DNA from: Coleofasciculus chthonoplastes F2-STO-03 | Lineage (GTDB): Bacteria; Cyanobacteriota; Cyanobacteriia; Cyanobacteriales; Coleofasciculaceae | DNA length: 64,000 nt | Direction of reading: 5' to 3' | NCBI GenBank assembly: GCA_040222015.1 | Contig: JAVJWO010000193.1 | Span: forward strand, 1-64,000 | Shown here: in pieces, positions 10,501 through 20,187 of the stretch | Layout: every line of letters begins with the position of its first letter | Numbering within the stretch: the stretch's first letter is position 1 | Position numbers and translations under genes: made by a program | The notes under the pieces: generated by a model | The model's database searches: none | What the model was told of the DNA's origin: nothing | Seen by the model: only the letters and a program-made list of their open reading frames with translations

Positions 10501-13377
10501 GAAATCAACCGCTTAGAAGGGCATAATGATACTGTTACCAGTGTAAGGTTTAGTCCTAATGACAAAAAAATTGTCTCAACCAGCGCAGACAAAACCATAA
10601 AATTATGGAACTCCTCTGATGGCAGTTTAATCAAAACTCTAGAAGGGCACCAGGATATTGTAACCAGCGCTAGTTTTAGCCCTAATGGTGAAATAATTGC
10701 CTCAACCAGTGTAGACAAAACCATAAAATTATGGAACTCCTCTGATGGCAAGTTAATTAAACCTTTAGAGGGTCATAACAATGGTATTGTCAGTGCTACA
10801 TTCAGTCCTAACGGCGAAATTATTGCTTCAATTAGTAAAGATGGTAATTTGAAACTTTGGCAGTATAATGATAGTAATATTGAACCTATAAATATTGCTG
10901 ATATTGGTCAATTTGAGTTTAGCGCTGATGGCAAAAAAATAATTACTTTAAATAAATTTAACGATAGAGTCAACCATAGGATTATAAAGATATGGAGTAT
11001 CAATGGTACTCTTATCCGAGAAGAAAAAGTCTATATAGGAATTGATTTTGAAAAAGATTGGGATAGTAAATTTGTATTTACTACAGATAAAAAGTATGCA
11101 TTTTTTGGTAATGGTGACTCAGTTGAAATCGTAAGTATTCAGAATATAATAAATGGTCCAAATTCAATTAATTCTATTACCAAACTAAAAGCTCATGTTT
11201 CAAAAGTCACCGCTCTAAGTTTTACTTCAGATGGAAAAATACTAGCTTCTGCAAGTCAGGACAAAACAATAAAACTATGGACAGTCGGTGCAGATGTTTT
11301 GAAAGATATTAAAACTACTGAAATAAAGAGTGTGTTTGTTAGTCCGAATGGTCAGAGAATTGCTGAAATTATTCAAGACAACAGCATCAATATTTTGCAA
11401 ATTAATAGTACTACAAACAAAGTACTTCATGGATATAGTGAAAGTGTGAGTTGGAGTCCTGATGAGAATTTTATCGCTTCTGCAAGTATGGATGAGAGAA
11501 TTCAATTGTGGCGTCGTGATCATCGTCGTAATTATACTTTAAGAAAAACTATTGATTTGCCTAATATCAAAAGGAATACGATTGAATTTAGTCCTGATTA
11601 TCAGTTGTTCATTGCTTTGAGTATAGACAATAAACTTAAACTCTGGCGTCGTGATGGCACTTTTATCAAAACCATTGCTAAATTGGGTGATGATGTTTCA
11701 TCTATAAGATTCAGTCCTGATAGTCAAATCATTGCCTCTTTTCATAAAAAAGGTATTATAAAAATGTGGAATCATGATGGTATTCAAATTGCCGAAATAG
11801 AAGAAAAAAGTGATAATGAAATTACAAGTTTTGACTTTAGTCCTGATGGTAAGTTAATTTTCTATCCCGCTCTTGACGAATATGGGGTATATAATGGAAG
11901 TAATAAAAATTTAAAATTCTTTAGTGTTGCTGGTAAGTTTCTGTATGAGTTTAAGGGGAATGATGACTTTTACAATTACATGAGATTTCATTTCAGTCCC
12001 AATGAAAAAACAATTGGTATAATTAGTTTTGATAAAACGATTAAACTTTGGAATCCTGAGAAGAACCGCGTTACAACATTCCAAGATATCAATAATTTAT
12101 TTGTGGGAATGAGTTTGAGTCCTGATGGCCAATTTATTGCTGGGGCAAGTATTAACGGTTCAGTGGTACTCTGGAACCGTGACGGTAAACGGTTAAGAAC
12201 CCTCAACAATGATGTTCCAGTTTTAGATGTTCGTTTTAGTCCTGACAGTCAAATTCTTGCTTTGGTGGGTCTAGGCAAGACAGTGAAACTCTGGAACCGT
12301 AATGGGACATTACTGAACATTCTAGAACACGAAGCTATGATTGATGATGTGGTGAATTTTGGTGCTAATGGACAAATGTTGACAAAAAGTGAAGATGGTG
12401 TAATTAAGCTTTGGAGTCAAGATGGTAAATTCCTACAAACATTCAATACTTCTGATGGTTCAGAGATAAATTTCAGCTCTGATGGAAATAGTATTTTTTC
12501 CATCTCTTCCGATAGAAAAGATATGGAAGTCTGGAGTAACGATGGTACTTTAGCTACTTCTTTCGACTTAGAAAGTGGATCAATAATTACTGTCAGTCCT
12601 GATGGTCAAGAAATTCTTTCAGATAATGGAGACCCAGTTGTTAAGATCTGGAAGGGTGACGGCACTGTATACAAGCACTTAAAAGGTCATGAAGAAAAGA
12701 TAAACAGTGTTAGTTTTAGCCCGGATGGTAAGATGCTTGCCTCCGCAAGCGATGACAAAACCGTGAAACTTTGGAAAATTGACGGGACTTTATACAAGAC
12801 GCTAAAAGGTCATGAGGAAAAGGTAAACAGTTTTAGTTTTAGCCCGGATGGTAAGATGCTTGCCTCCGCAAGCGATGACAAAACCGTGAAACTTTGGAAA
12901 ATTGATGGGACTTTATACAAAACTCTTGACCAACACATAAAGAGTGTTAATAGTGTCACATTTAGTCAGGATAGCAAGACGATTGCTTCAGCAAGCGATG
13001 ACAATACGGTCAAACTTTGGAAGAGAGACGGGACTTTCATCACCACCCTTCAAGGTCATGACAACAGTGTCAATAGTGTCAGTTTTAGCCCCAATGGTAA
13101 CCTTATTGCTTCGGCAGATTCTAATACAGTATACTTATGGAACCGTGATGGCAAATTAATCAATAAATACCGTAGTTTTGGAAAAAGGAGTGTCAGTTTC
13201 AGCCCTAACGGCAAAACTATTATTGCGGCTAGTGACAGCGGAACCTTAATTTGGAGTTTGGATTTAGACAATTTACTAAAACGCGGCTGTGATTGGGCAA
13301 GAGATTATCTCAAGAATAACCCCAAGATACCTAAGAGCGATCGCACTCTCTGTGATGGTATTGGCACTCCAAAGTAA
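7507..13377 (+). CDS. TPR + nSTAND-type NTPase + TM segment + WD40 beta-propeller protein
   Basis: TPR-like helices, Walker A GQSGVGKSS, LIFDQFEE, YQLVHDYL, a hydrophobic segment, then many GH...FSPDG...WD-type repeats. Confidence 0.9.
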   Translation: MSEHEVNQNNANSLAALVWAIRASQGKFSLILARCNSTTVRSQIVQQLRDNSPVKWREVVLDQSVKRLFATLKVQLGDEQPSALMVFGLEALFNLDSVLTAANQVREEFRKQFSFPIVWWVTDDVLRQLMQLAPDLESWTKTIRFSSSPEQLIQLIQQTANQIFSQVLETGAGKLLSNVALNLGKGSPLRAELKSAYQELQHQGITLTPELEANWQFILGRIADGVSDESQQHYEQSLALWQHCLSGNSDDPESEKQTTVSPDISSRTQYINQRLGCVLYSVGIGWRTYAVRHRAEYEMACDRAKGYFQQCVAVFEQCQQPELVAKFINALGEILQRLKQWDELAALAEKALELHQTHSEPFRLARVYGFLAEVALAKSDWSEAQTLAQNALTLVQSYLESSSDSPSTGDVDWVRFYDQGWYHFALARAQRGLGQNAKAIDQLETARKQTQPHYEPELYIQILQALRDTYFQDGQYLKAFDIKQKQREIEQRYGFRAFIGAGRLQPKQEAISSSLLPGETKETIIQEIAASGRQQDVQRLVERLGRIDHKLTVIYGQSGVGKSSIVQAGLIPVLQGEAIGIRDVLPILLQVYTDWRQELGQCFTESLKAVRAIHFTEPLDTTAVIEELKKNGERNLLTVLIFDQFEEFFFVYKDTQQRLPFYEFLRDCLDIPYVKVILSLREDYLHYLLEFNRLTMLEVINNNILDKLIIYYLGNFSPADTKSVIQSLTAQSQFFLEEALIDELVSDLAGHLGEVRPIELQVVGAQLQTEKITTLEQYRENGPKEALVGRFLEEVVQDCGSENEQIAKLVLYLLTDENNTRPLKTRADLELELDVKLETLTLVLDVLVKSGLVLRVPASPADRYQLVHDYLVPFVRQQQSARLVAELEKEREQRKLTEAKLNQVLKRQLRKAIMAGMAMTVLAALAGVFGLQATISRTNAELSELSTLAESLFEQNKELDALTKGLRAAKKLESFFWKDSDTTMKVLAKLQQIIYGMREINRLEGHNDTVTSVRFSPNDKKIVSTSADKTIKLWNSSDGSLIKTLEGHQDIVTSASFSPNGEIIASTSVDKTIKLWNSSDGKLIKPLEGHNNGIVSATFSPNGEIIASISKDGNLKLWQYNDSNIEPINIADIGQFEFSADGKKIITLNKFNDRVNHRIIKIWSINGTLIREEKVYIGIDFEKDWDSKFVFTTDKKYAFFGNGDSVEIVSIQNIINGPNSINSITKLKAHVSKVTALSFTSDGKILASASQDKTIKLWTVGADVLKDIKTTEIKSVFVSPNGQRIAEIIQDNSINILQINSTTNKVLHGYSESVSWSPDENFIASASMDERIQLWRRDHRRNYTLRKTIDLPNIKRNTIEFSPDYQLFIALSIDNKLKLWRRDGTFIKTIAKLGDDVSSIRFSPDSQIIASFHKKGIIKMWNHDGIQIAEIEEKSDNEITSFDFSPDGKLIFYPALDEYGVYNGSNKNLKFFSVAGKFLYEFKGNDDFYNYMRFHFSPNEKTIGIISFDKTIKLWNPEKNRVTTFQDINNLFVGMSLSPDGQFIAGASINGSVVLWNRDGKRLRTLNNDVPVLDVRFSPDSQILALVGLGKTVKLWNRNGTLLNILEHEAMIDDVVNFGANGQMLTKSEDGVIKLWSQDGKFLQTFNTSDGSEINFSSDGNSIFSISSDRKDMEVWSNDGTLATSFDLESGSIITVSPDGQEILSDNGDPVVKIWKGDGTVYKHLKGHEEKINSVSFSPDGKMLASASDDKTVKLWKIDGTLYKTLKGHEEKVNSFSFSPDGKMLASASDDKTVKLWKIDGTLYKTLDQHIKSVNSVTFSQDSKTIASASDDNTVKLWKRDGTFITTLQGHDNSVNSVSFSPNGNLIASADSNTVYLWNRDGKLINKYRSFGKRSVSFSPNGKTIIAASDSGTLIWSLDLDNLLKRGCDWARDYLKNNPKIPKSDRTLCDGIGTPK

Positions 13378-13492
13378 TTTCGCTTAGAAATGCTTCCCAA
13401 GAACGTCTCTACGGGTTTATGATTTCACCGCGCCCAGATGTAAATAAAACCGCCCCGACTCAAGTTGTTAGACTTCCCGTGGAAAGCCAGAT

Positions 13493-13948
13493 CTATGTTG
13501 ATGCAGTCGTCGATTCTGTTTCCGAATCCGCAGAAAATTTCTGGGTAATCCCAGCCGTCAAAATGTGAGATAGCAATCCAATCGGTCCAGCAAATAAACA
13601 AAGAAGCAGGGAATGAATCGTCCACACCCCAGTCTGCTGCCCTTCCCAGTAAATCCACCGCCCCACAAACAAATCCAAGACGAGAAAGTGAGTCCATCCG
13701 GCTGCGGCGATGATTTCGTCCCCAAAGAAGCGGGCAATATCAGCAAGCTGGGGATTGGATAAGGCTTGAGCAGATTCTGGTGTTATGCTGTTCGCGAAAA
13801 AGTAGATGTACAACCCGGCTAATGGAACAAACGGCAGATAGGATTCCATCACTTTTCGAGTAATTCCCCAGTTGGGAAGCAGAATCATCAGTAGCCAGAA
13901 GGGTAAAACGAAGAGATTCACGATGGTAAAGAGTAGACTCGGTGTCAT
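13493..13948 (-). CDS. ABA4-like (DUF4281) membrane protein
   Basis: PFWLLMILLPNW, GWTHFLVLDLFVGRWIY and CLFAGPIGLL motifs. Confidence 0.85.
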   Translation of the reverse strand: MTPSLLFTIVNLFVLPFWLLMILLPNWGITRKVMESYLPFVPLAGLYIYFFANSITPESAQALSNPQLADIARFFGDEIIAAAGWTHFLVLDLFVGRWIYWEGQQTGVWTIHSLLLCLFAGPIGLLSHILTAGITQKFSADSETESTTAST

Positions 13949-14073
13949 AGCGTTAAAATCAAAGAGACTTAATAAATAATAAGTTATAAACTGGAGAATT
14001 AGGCAGTTTATGTTACGATTTTAATCGACATAAGTGACATTTTATTTTTTTTGAGCCAGCAGAGGAGAAATCT

Positions 14074-14676
14074 ATGAGTTCTTGGCGCGATCGCTTCAAT
14101 AAACTGAGTGGCAAAACCCGACTCGTTGTCTGTCGGTTGTTTGTTCATTTAAGCGGTACAGAAGTCGCACCGTTATTGGGAGTGCTTAATCAGGCGGCGC
14201 GAGATGCGGTTGAATCCGGCGGAGACTTAGGCGTTCTCGGAGAAGGACTGGTGGATATTTGCCAGAACCTCTTACAGTACAATACCTATTGGCAATCGGC
14301 GGCGAATGAAGGAGATGTGTTTTGGGATGAAGGGGAGGCGGGAGATTTTGTGAGTGAGTTATTTACTGACTCGGCACAACGGTATTTGAGTGAGCCTAAC
14401 TTCAATGGATGTTCATCGGAGAATGAACCGCTATCGTTACCCGTCACTCGTAATTTAATTGTCATGATTACTGTGGCATTTGAGGGGGAAGTGCCAGAAA
14501 TGGAAACCAATCTGGCAGATATGGAGGCACTAGAAGAGGGGCTCAAAGCATTAATTAATCTTCATTACCAAAACCACTTGCGAGCCATCCAAGTCCACTT
14601 TTCGCCAGCTCAATTTGGTGATGAATTAACCGATGAACAACTGTTAGTTAATTTTCCAGAACTGATTCCGCTATAA
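14074..14676 (+). CDS. Conserved cyanobacterial protein, probably DUF1517 family
   Basis: GAGGAG RBS and C-terminal ...FSPAQFGDELTDEQLLVNFPELIPL typical of DUF1517. Confidence 0.7.
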   Translation: MSSWRDRFNKLSGKTRLVVCRLFVHLSGTEVAPLLGVLNQAARDAVESGGDLGVLGEGLVDICQNLLQYNTYWQSAANEGDVFWDEGEAGDFVSELFTDSAQRYLSEPNFNGCSSENEPLSLPVTRNLIVMITVAFEGEVPEMETNLADMEALEEGLKALINLHYQNHLRAIQVHFSPAQFGDELTDEQLLVNFPELIPL

Positions 14677-14918
14677 GGGAAATATTAATATAGTGTTAAA
14701 TTGGTCTTGTCGGAATTATGGCGGTTGTAGGGGCGAGTCGCTGTTCATAGTCGGTGGTGTCTCCACTTAACTATCTCGACTCGCCCCTGTCTAAATGTAC
14801 GTGGTTTCAGATTATTACCGATACCTGATACAGGGCGACCCGATCAGATTAATGGGCGAGTCTTGTTAATTTTGTGCGGCGGGTCGCCCCTACGGTGTCA
14901 ACCAACTAACCTATTCCC

Positions 14919-15023
14919 TGACAAATGACAAATGACGAATGACGAATGACAAATGACGAATGACGAATGACGAATGACGAATGACGAATGACGAATGACG
15001 AATGACGAATGACGAATGACGAA
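14919..15023. repeat. Heptamer short tandem repeat (TGACGAA/TGACAAA) x15
   Basis: Read directly; abuts the stop codon at 15024. Confidence 0.95.
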
Positions 15024-17945
15024 TTAGAGTCTAGTCATTTCACAGAGTTTAAGATAATTCAGTGCTGCTCTATCGTGCCAATTAATTTCTAAAATCTCTT
15101 GAAATATGCTAAATGCGACATCAATTTTATTTTGATTAAAAGTGACAATTCCCTTTTCAAAGCTAGTTTTTGTTTGTTCTTTTAATTGAATAATTGAATC
15201 CGGTTCTGCATCAAACACTTCAAAAACTGGCACCAGATGTTTTTTGCCTTTAACCTGCACCTGACCGATAAATCGATAGTGATACTGACTTTGATCCGCT
15301 AAACAAAATAAAGTATAACCACTAATTAAAATTGATGCCCCATAGACTTTGGTCAAATCTTCTAAGCGTGACGCTAGGTTAACCGTATCAGAAATTACTG
15401 TAGTTTCCATGCGCTGCTGTTCCCCAATGGTTCCTAACATCAAACTACCTGTATTTAAGCCAATGCCAATAGTAATTGAAGGATACCCGGCTTTTTCGCG
15501 ATCGCGATTATAGCATGTCACTTGTTTCTGGATTTCAATCGCTGCTTTTAAGCCATCATCGGCGGTGGCGGGAAACAGCGCCATGATTGCGTCACCAATG
15601 TATTTATCAATAAACCCCTGATGCTTACGGATAATTGGTCCAACTTGTTTTAAATAAGAATTGAGAAAGTTAAAATTCTCCTGGGGAGACATACTCTCCG
15701 ACAGCGTGGTAAAGTTGCGAATATCCGCAAACATAATCGACATCTCCTGCTGAACCTGATCCCCCAACCGTACATCCACGATACTTTCATACCCCAAAAA
15801 GCGCAGAAATTCCTGGGGAATAAAGCGCCCGTAAGCCCTATTAATTTTCGACAGATAAAGATGGGTTTTAATCCGGGCAATCAATTCATGTTTAGAAATT
15901 GGTTTCGTTAAATAATCATTCGCCCCCACACTCAAACCTTCCACCAAATCCGAGACTTGCTCCTTCGCCGTCAACATGATAATTGGCATTTCAGTCGCCG
16001 GGAATCGTTGGCGGATTTTTTGGCACACTTCGTAGCCCGACATTTTGGGCATCATAATATCCAGAATCACCAAATCCGGGATGAAGCCCCGCTCAATTTT
16101 GGCTAAAGCCTCCATACCATTAGTTGCTTGTACAATGGTGTAGTTTTGGACAGACAAATGATTAGCAACCACTTGCAAATTAATCGGTTCGTCATCTACG
16201 ACTAAAATCGTGAATTCCCCAGTTTTAGGAACCTGTGGCAAAGATTCGCTGGGGAATAGACCGCTATAGTCCCGCACTTTGGTGATTTCCGTACTGAGTT
16301 CTGATCCAGGTTCAATCGGTTGCGAACTGATAGAAAGCATGAAAATAAATCGTGAACCTTGACCCAACTCTGACTCAACGCGAATGGTTCCGCCGTGGAG
16401 TTCAATCAGTTGTTTGGTAATACTTAGTCCTAATCCAGTACCCCTGGAGGGACGGGAAACAGAGGCGTCAAGTTGCTCAAAGGATTTAAAAATATCCTCG
16501 AATTTATCTGGGGCAATACCAATCCCTGTATCCGCCACCGTCACTTCTGCCATATTCTGCTTCTGGGTTGCTGACACCGTAACTGACCCAGATTCAGTAA
16601 ACTTAATCGCATTTCCAACCAGATTGTACATGATTTGTTGCAACCGATTCTCGTCGCCATCGATTCCGGGGAAATCTTCGGGTATCTCATTTTTCAAGTC
16701 TAGAGCTTTGCCGCTAATCAGGGGGCGAGACAGGGTAAGCACGACTTCAGTGATTTGGCGAAAATCCACCGATTTGCGGTGTAATTCGATATCGTGGTTT
16801 TTCAGTTTGGCGAAATCTAAAATATCATTAATTAGACTGTGCAGGCGCTTCCCACTAGAAACAACCATTGCCAGATTCGTTATTTGCACTGGAGAAAGAG
16901 TACCCGCCGCCCCATCGATGAGGGATTCAGTAATACCAATAATGCCATTCAGGGGAGTCCGTAGTTCGTGGGAGGTGTTGGCTAAAAACTCATCTTTGAG
17001 TTGATCTAGGCGCTGCAACGCCGTATTCTGTTGTTCTAAGGTTTGGGTAAACTGAATCCGTTCCGCTTCAGCTTGTTTGTGAGGAGTGATATCTTGAAAA
17101 GCGGCAATAGCATAGATAACATTACCTTGGTGATCAAAAATGGGAGTTGCCCAGACCTCCAACGGGATAATCTTATCGCCCTGATGGATTTCCATGTCAT
17201 CAACCGTTGACTGTTCACCCCGAAGCGCCCGTAAAATTGGGTCGCGATGACTGGGATAAACTTGTTCTGTTCCCGCCAGATAAACTTGATAAATTTTAGC
17301 CAGTTGTTCGGATGGGTTTTTGGATACCACTCCTTTCCCCAGTAACTCCTGTCCTATCTGGTTAACATAGTAGGGTTGACCATTGACATCAATGACAAAT
17401 AAACCCACGGGTACAGCTTCCAGAAATTGCGCCAACTGTCTCTCACTCGCCCGCAGCGCCTCTTGGACTCGCTGGCGCTCAATCACTTCTTGGCGTAAAT
17501 TTTCTAATAAGTCGGCTTGTGCCTGTTGTGCCAAATATTCCTGATGTTGCGCGGCTTTGAGCTGTTGCACATGGTTTAGGGTTTTATGGGTGGTAATCTC
17601 TAAATCGCGGAAATCAATGGGTTTGGTGAGGAAATCAAAGGCGCCCAGATTCATGGCTTTGCGGATATTTTCCATATCCCCATACGCAGAAAGAATTACA
17701 GCTTTAGTGGTGGGATAATTTTGGGCGAGGTGCGTCAGTAAGATTAACCCATCCATTTCGGGCATATTAATATCGGTTAAAACCATATCAATATCCGGTT
17801 GGGCGTGCAGCGTTTCTAAGGCGTCTTTACCATTACGGGCAAAAATAAACTGGAGTTCCTGACGCCGAATTTTTTTTCTAAACTTCTGGCGAATTAGGAG
17901 TGCTAAATCAGGTTCATCATCGACAACCAGTATTTTTGCTGGCAT
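15024..17945 (-). CDS. Hybrid REC-PAS-HisKA-HATPase-REC-adenylate/guanylate cyclase
   Basis: [19 protein letters not shown]-box, [16 protein letters not shown], second REC (LDIMMP), and class III cyclase motifs FADIRNFT / DKYIGDAIMA / [10 protein letters not shown]. Confidence 0.93.
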   Translation of the reverse strand: MPAKILVVDDEPDLALLIRQKFRKKIRRQELQFIFARNGKDALETLHAQPDIDMVLTDINMPEMDGLILLTHLAQNYPTTKAVILSAYGDMENIRKAMNLGAFDFLTKPIDFRDLEITTHKTLNHVQQLKAAQHQEYLAQQAQADLLENLRQEVIERQRVQEALRASERQLAQFLEAVPVGLFVIDVNGQPYYVNQIGQELLGKGVVSKNPSEQLAKIYQVYLAGTEQVYPSHRDPILRALRGEQSTVDDMEIHQGDKIIPLEVWATPIFDHQGNVIYAIAAFQDITPHKQAEAERIQFTQTLEQQNTALQRLDQLKDEFLANTSHELRTPLNGIIGITESLIDGAAGTLSPVQITNLAMVVSSGKRLHSLINDILDFAKLKNHDIELHRKSVDFRQITEVVLTLSRPLISGKALDLKNEIPEDFPGIDGDENRLQQIMYNLVGNAIKFTESGSVTVSATQKQNMAEVTVADTGIGIAPDKFEDIFKSFEQLDASVSRPSRGTGLGLSITKQLIELHGGTIRVESELGQGSRFIFMLSISSQPIEPGSELSTEITKVRDYSGLFPSESLPQVPKTGEFTILVVDDEPINLQVVANHLSVQNYTIVQATNGMEALAKIERGFIPDLVILDIMMPKMSGYEVCQKIRQRFPATEMPIIMLTAKEQVSDLVEGLSVGANDYLTKPISKHELIARIKTHLYLSKINRAYGRFIPQEFLRFLGYESIVDVRLGDQVQQEMSIMFADIRNFTTLSESMSPQENFNFLNSYLKQVGPIIRKHQGFIDKYIGDAIMALFPATADDGLKAAIEIQKQVTCYNRDREKAGYPSITIGIGLNTGSLMLGTIGEQQRMETTVISDTVNLASRLEDLTKVYGASILISGYTLFCLADQSQYHYRFIGQVQVKGKKHLVPVFEVFDAEPDSIIQLKEQTKTSFEKGIVTFNQNKIDVAFSIFQEILEINWHDRAALNYLKLCEMTRL

Positions 17946-18050
17946 TGTTTTTACCTGATAAGGATGGACTGTAGAGACGCGCCATGGCGCGTCTGGGGGG
18001 AGATGGGGGAGATGGGGAAGATGGGGAAGTTAACTCAAAATTCTACCTTA

Positions 18051-18157
18051 CCTATTCCCTATTCCCTATTCCCTGTTCCCTGTTCCCTATTCCCTGTTCC
18101 CTATTCTCTGACAAATGACCAATGACAAATGACCAATGACAAATGACAAATAACCAA
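18051..18157. repeat. Adjacent heptamer tandem repeats (CCTATTC/CCTGTTC and TGACAAA/TGACCAA)
   Basis: Read directly; intergenic, abutting the stop at 18158. A GATGGGGRA repeat also lies at ~18002-18029. Confidence 0.9.
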
Positions 18158-19342
18158 TCACTGCTGTTTAAGAATAAGTAAGGTAATATCATCATGAACT
18201 TTCTGGTTTCCAATATGCTGCCACACTTGGTCAATAACTGCCTGTTTAATCTCACAGACTGACTTGTGCCAGTTGTTGCTTAAGACGTGACACAGCCGTT
18301 CTAGTCCATATTGCACCCCATTCATATCTTCGGCTTCAGTAATCCCATCGGTATAGAGGACAACTCCATCACCGGGATACAACTGTACAGTTGCTTCCGC
18401 CACAAAGTCGGCAATCGCCTCTGCCAAACCAATCGGGAACCCCAAATCAATCGTATCAATTCGCTCAATCTTCCCCTCAGAGCGTAGCACAATCAGTTGT
18501 TCATGTTGTCCACTCACCGTTAGAGTCCCCTGATGATAGTCGATTAAGACGAGGCTTAAGTTCTTGTCGGAGCGCATCCGTTGTAGGTTGTGGTAAATCG
18601 TTTGGTTGAGGGTACTTAAAAAGTTAACGGTGTTGGTCTCATTATTCACCAGCAATGTCCGCACCGCCGTTTGTACCATCAGCATGAGGACACCACTGGC
18701 TAACCCATGACCGGTGATATCGCCGATGCCAATTTTCACCCTGCCATTGTGTTGCAGTACGTCGTAATAGTCTCCCCCGACTTCATCGGCTGGTTGCATA
18801 TACCCCGCGATATCGAGTCCCTGAATTTGACTTAGTTCTGTCTCTGTGGGCAACAGCATCTGTTGCAGTCGTCGGGTAATATCGAGTTCGGTGCTGAGGC
18901 GGAGGTTTTCGGCTTCTAAACGCTTGAGATAGTTTTCTTGTGCTAACGCTTGTTTGATTTGCTGGACATGGTTTAGGGTTTTGTAGGTGGTAATTTCTAA
19001 GTCTTGAAAATCAATCGGTTTAGTGAGAAAGTCAAATGCCCCTAAGTTCATCGCCGCTCGAATATTATCCATATCTCCATAAGCGGACAGGATTACAGTT
19101 TTAACCCCTGGATAGTCCGCTGCCAGTTTCATCAGCAAAGCTAACCCATCCATTTGGGGCATATTAATATCGGTTAAAACCATATCAATATCGGAATCAG
19201 CCTGTAGCTTTTCTAGGGCGTCCACACCATTACAGGCAAAAAGAAACTGGAGTTCTTTTTGGCGAATCTTTTTTCTAAATTTTTGACAGATTAGGGGTTC
19301 TATGTCGGGTTCATCATCGACAACCAGTATTTTAGCTGGCAT
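18158..19342 (-). CDS. Response regulator-SpoIIE/PP2C phosphatase (RsbU-like)
   Basis: N-terminal REC, then EVGGDYYD, GDITGHG, LYTDGITEA and DDITL PP2C motifs. Confidence 0.93.
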   Translation of the reverse strand: MPAKILVVDDEPDIEPLICQKFRKKIRQKELQFLFACNGVDALEKLQADSDIDMVLTDINMPQMDGLALLMKLAADYPGVKTVILSAYGDMDNIRAAMNLGAFDFLTKPIDFQDLEITTYKTLNHVQQIKQALAQENYLKRLEAENLRLSTELDITRRLQQMLLPTETELSQIQGLDIAGYMQPADEVGGDYYDVLQHNGRVKIGIGDITGHGLASGVLMLMVQTAVRTLLVNNETNTVNFLSTLNQTIYHNLQRMRSDKNLSLVLIDYHQGTLTVSGQHEQLIVLRSEGKIERIDTIDLGFPIGLAEAIADFVAEATVQLYPGDGVVLYTDGITEAEDMNGVQYGLERLCHVLSNNWHKSVCEIKQAVIDQVWQHIGNQKVHDDITLLILKQQ

Positions 19343-19372
19343 TGGTTTCTGGTCGGCTAAGTTGTGGATAAA

Positions 19373-19750
19373 TTATAAATTAAATATTTTTTCTTTGAGT
19401 TGGTCAAAGTCAACGGGTTTATGAATATAATCATCGGCTCCGTATTCTTGGGAAATGCGATAGTTTTCGTCGTCGCCGTAAGCCGTAATCATAAAAACTT
19501 TTAAGTTGGGAAATTTTATTTTGATTGTTTTAAGTAATTCTAAGCCGTTTATCTCCGGCATATTAATATCTGAAAGAATCAAGACAACACAATTTTCTTT
19601 TTTACTTTCCATTTCCAGATAGTAGAGGGCTTCCTTGGCTGAGAAAGCAAAGTGAAATTCAATTTTGCCTTGTCTAATCTCTTTTCTAAAGCGTTGTCGA
19701 AACAGCAACAAAACATCTTTTTCATCATCAACTACCATGACTTTCATCAT
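19373..19750 (-). CDS. Single-domain response regulator
   Basis: VVDDE, LSDINMP, MITAYG and HKP motifs. Confidence 0.92.
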   Translation of the reverse strand: MMKVMVVDDEKDVLLLFRQRFRKEIRQGKIEFHFAFSAKEALYYLEMESKKENCVVLILSDINMPEINGLELLKTIKIKFPNLKVFMITAYGDDENYRISQEYGADDYIHKPVDFDQLKEKIFNL

Positions 19751-19967
19751 TCTTTCCTCTCAATTCATCGGGAGTGACATAAGCTGTTCGGCATTTAAAC
19801 CTTAATGTCAAGAATTGCAAAATTCTTGTCTGTAGTAAAGGGCAACCTAGTTAATTATAGGGCGACCCGAGCCGATTGAGTGGATTCTAGTTGTTCGTTG
19901 GTACAGCGGGTCGCCCCTACAGTACACCGTTCAAGACGCGCCATGGCTAGACTTATCTTACTTTTGG

Positions 19968-20145
19968 TCCTCTCTCCAAACCTCTCTCCAAACCTATCTC
20001 CTACAAGGAGAGAGGCTTTGAATTCTCGCCCTTCTGTGCAACAAAAGTGAAACATCTTCTCTCCTCCCCCGTGCAACAAAAGCTCCCGCATCCTCTGTCC
20101 TCCCGAGGGGGGTAGGGGGGAACGAGGGGGGTAGGGGCGTTAGGT
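19968..20145. repeat. Dispersed repeat modules (CCTCTCTCC...GGAGAGAGG hairpin and GCAACAAAAGCTC-GCATCCTCTGTCCTCCC)
   Basis: Near-identical copy of the first module at ~44932-45000 and an inverted copy of the second at ~42340-42445. Confidence 0.65.
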
Positions 20146-20187
20146 TTGATATCGATTTTTCTAGATGGCGTGAAAAGTCAGCTACAA

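Noticed and set aside
16384..17004. 206-aa plus-strand ORF and similar short antisense ORFs across the window
   Set aside because: They fully overlap well-supported genes on the opposite strand and have no motifs.
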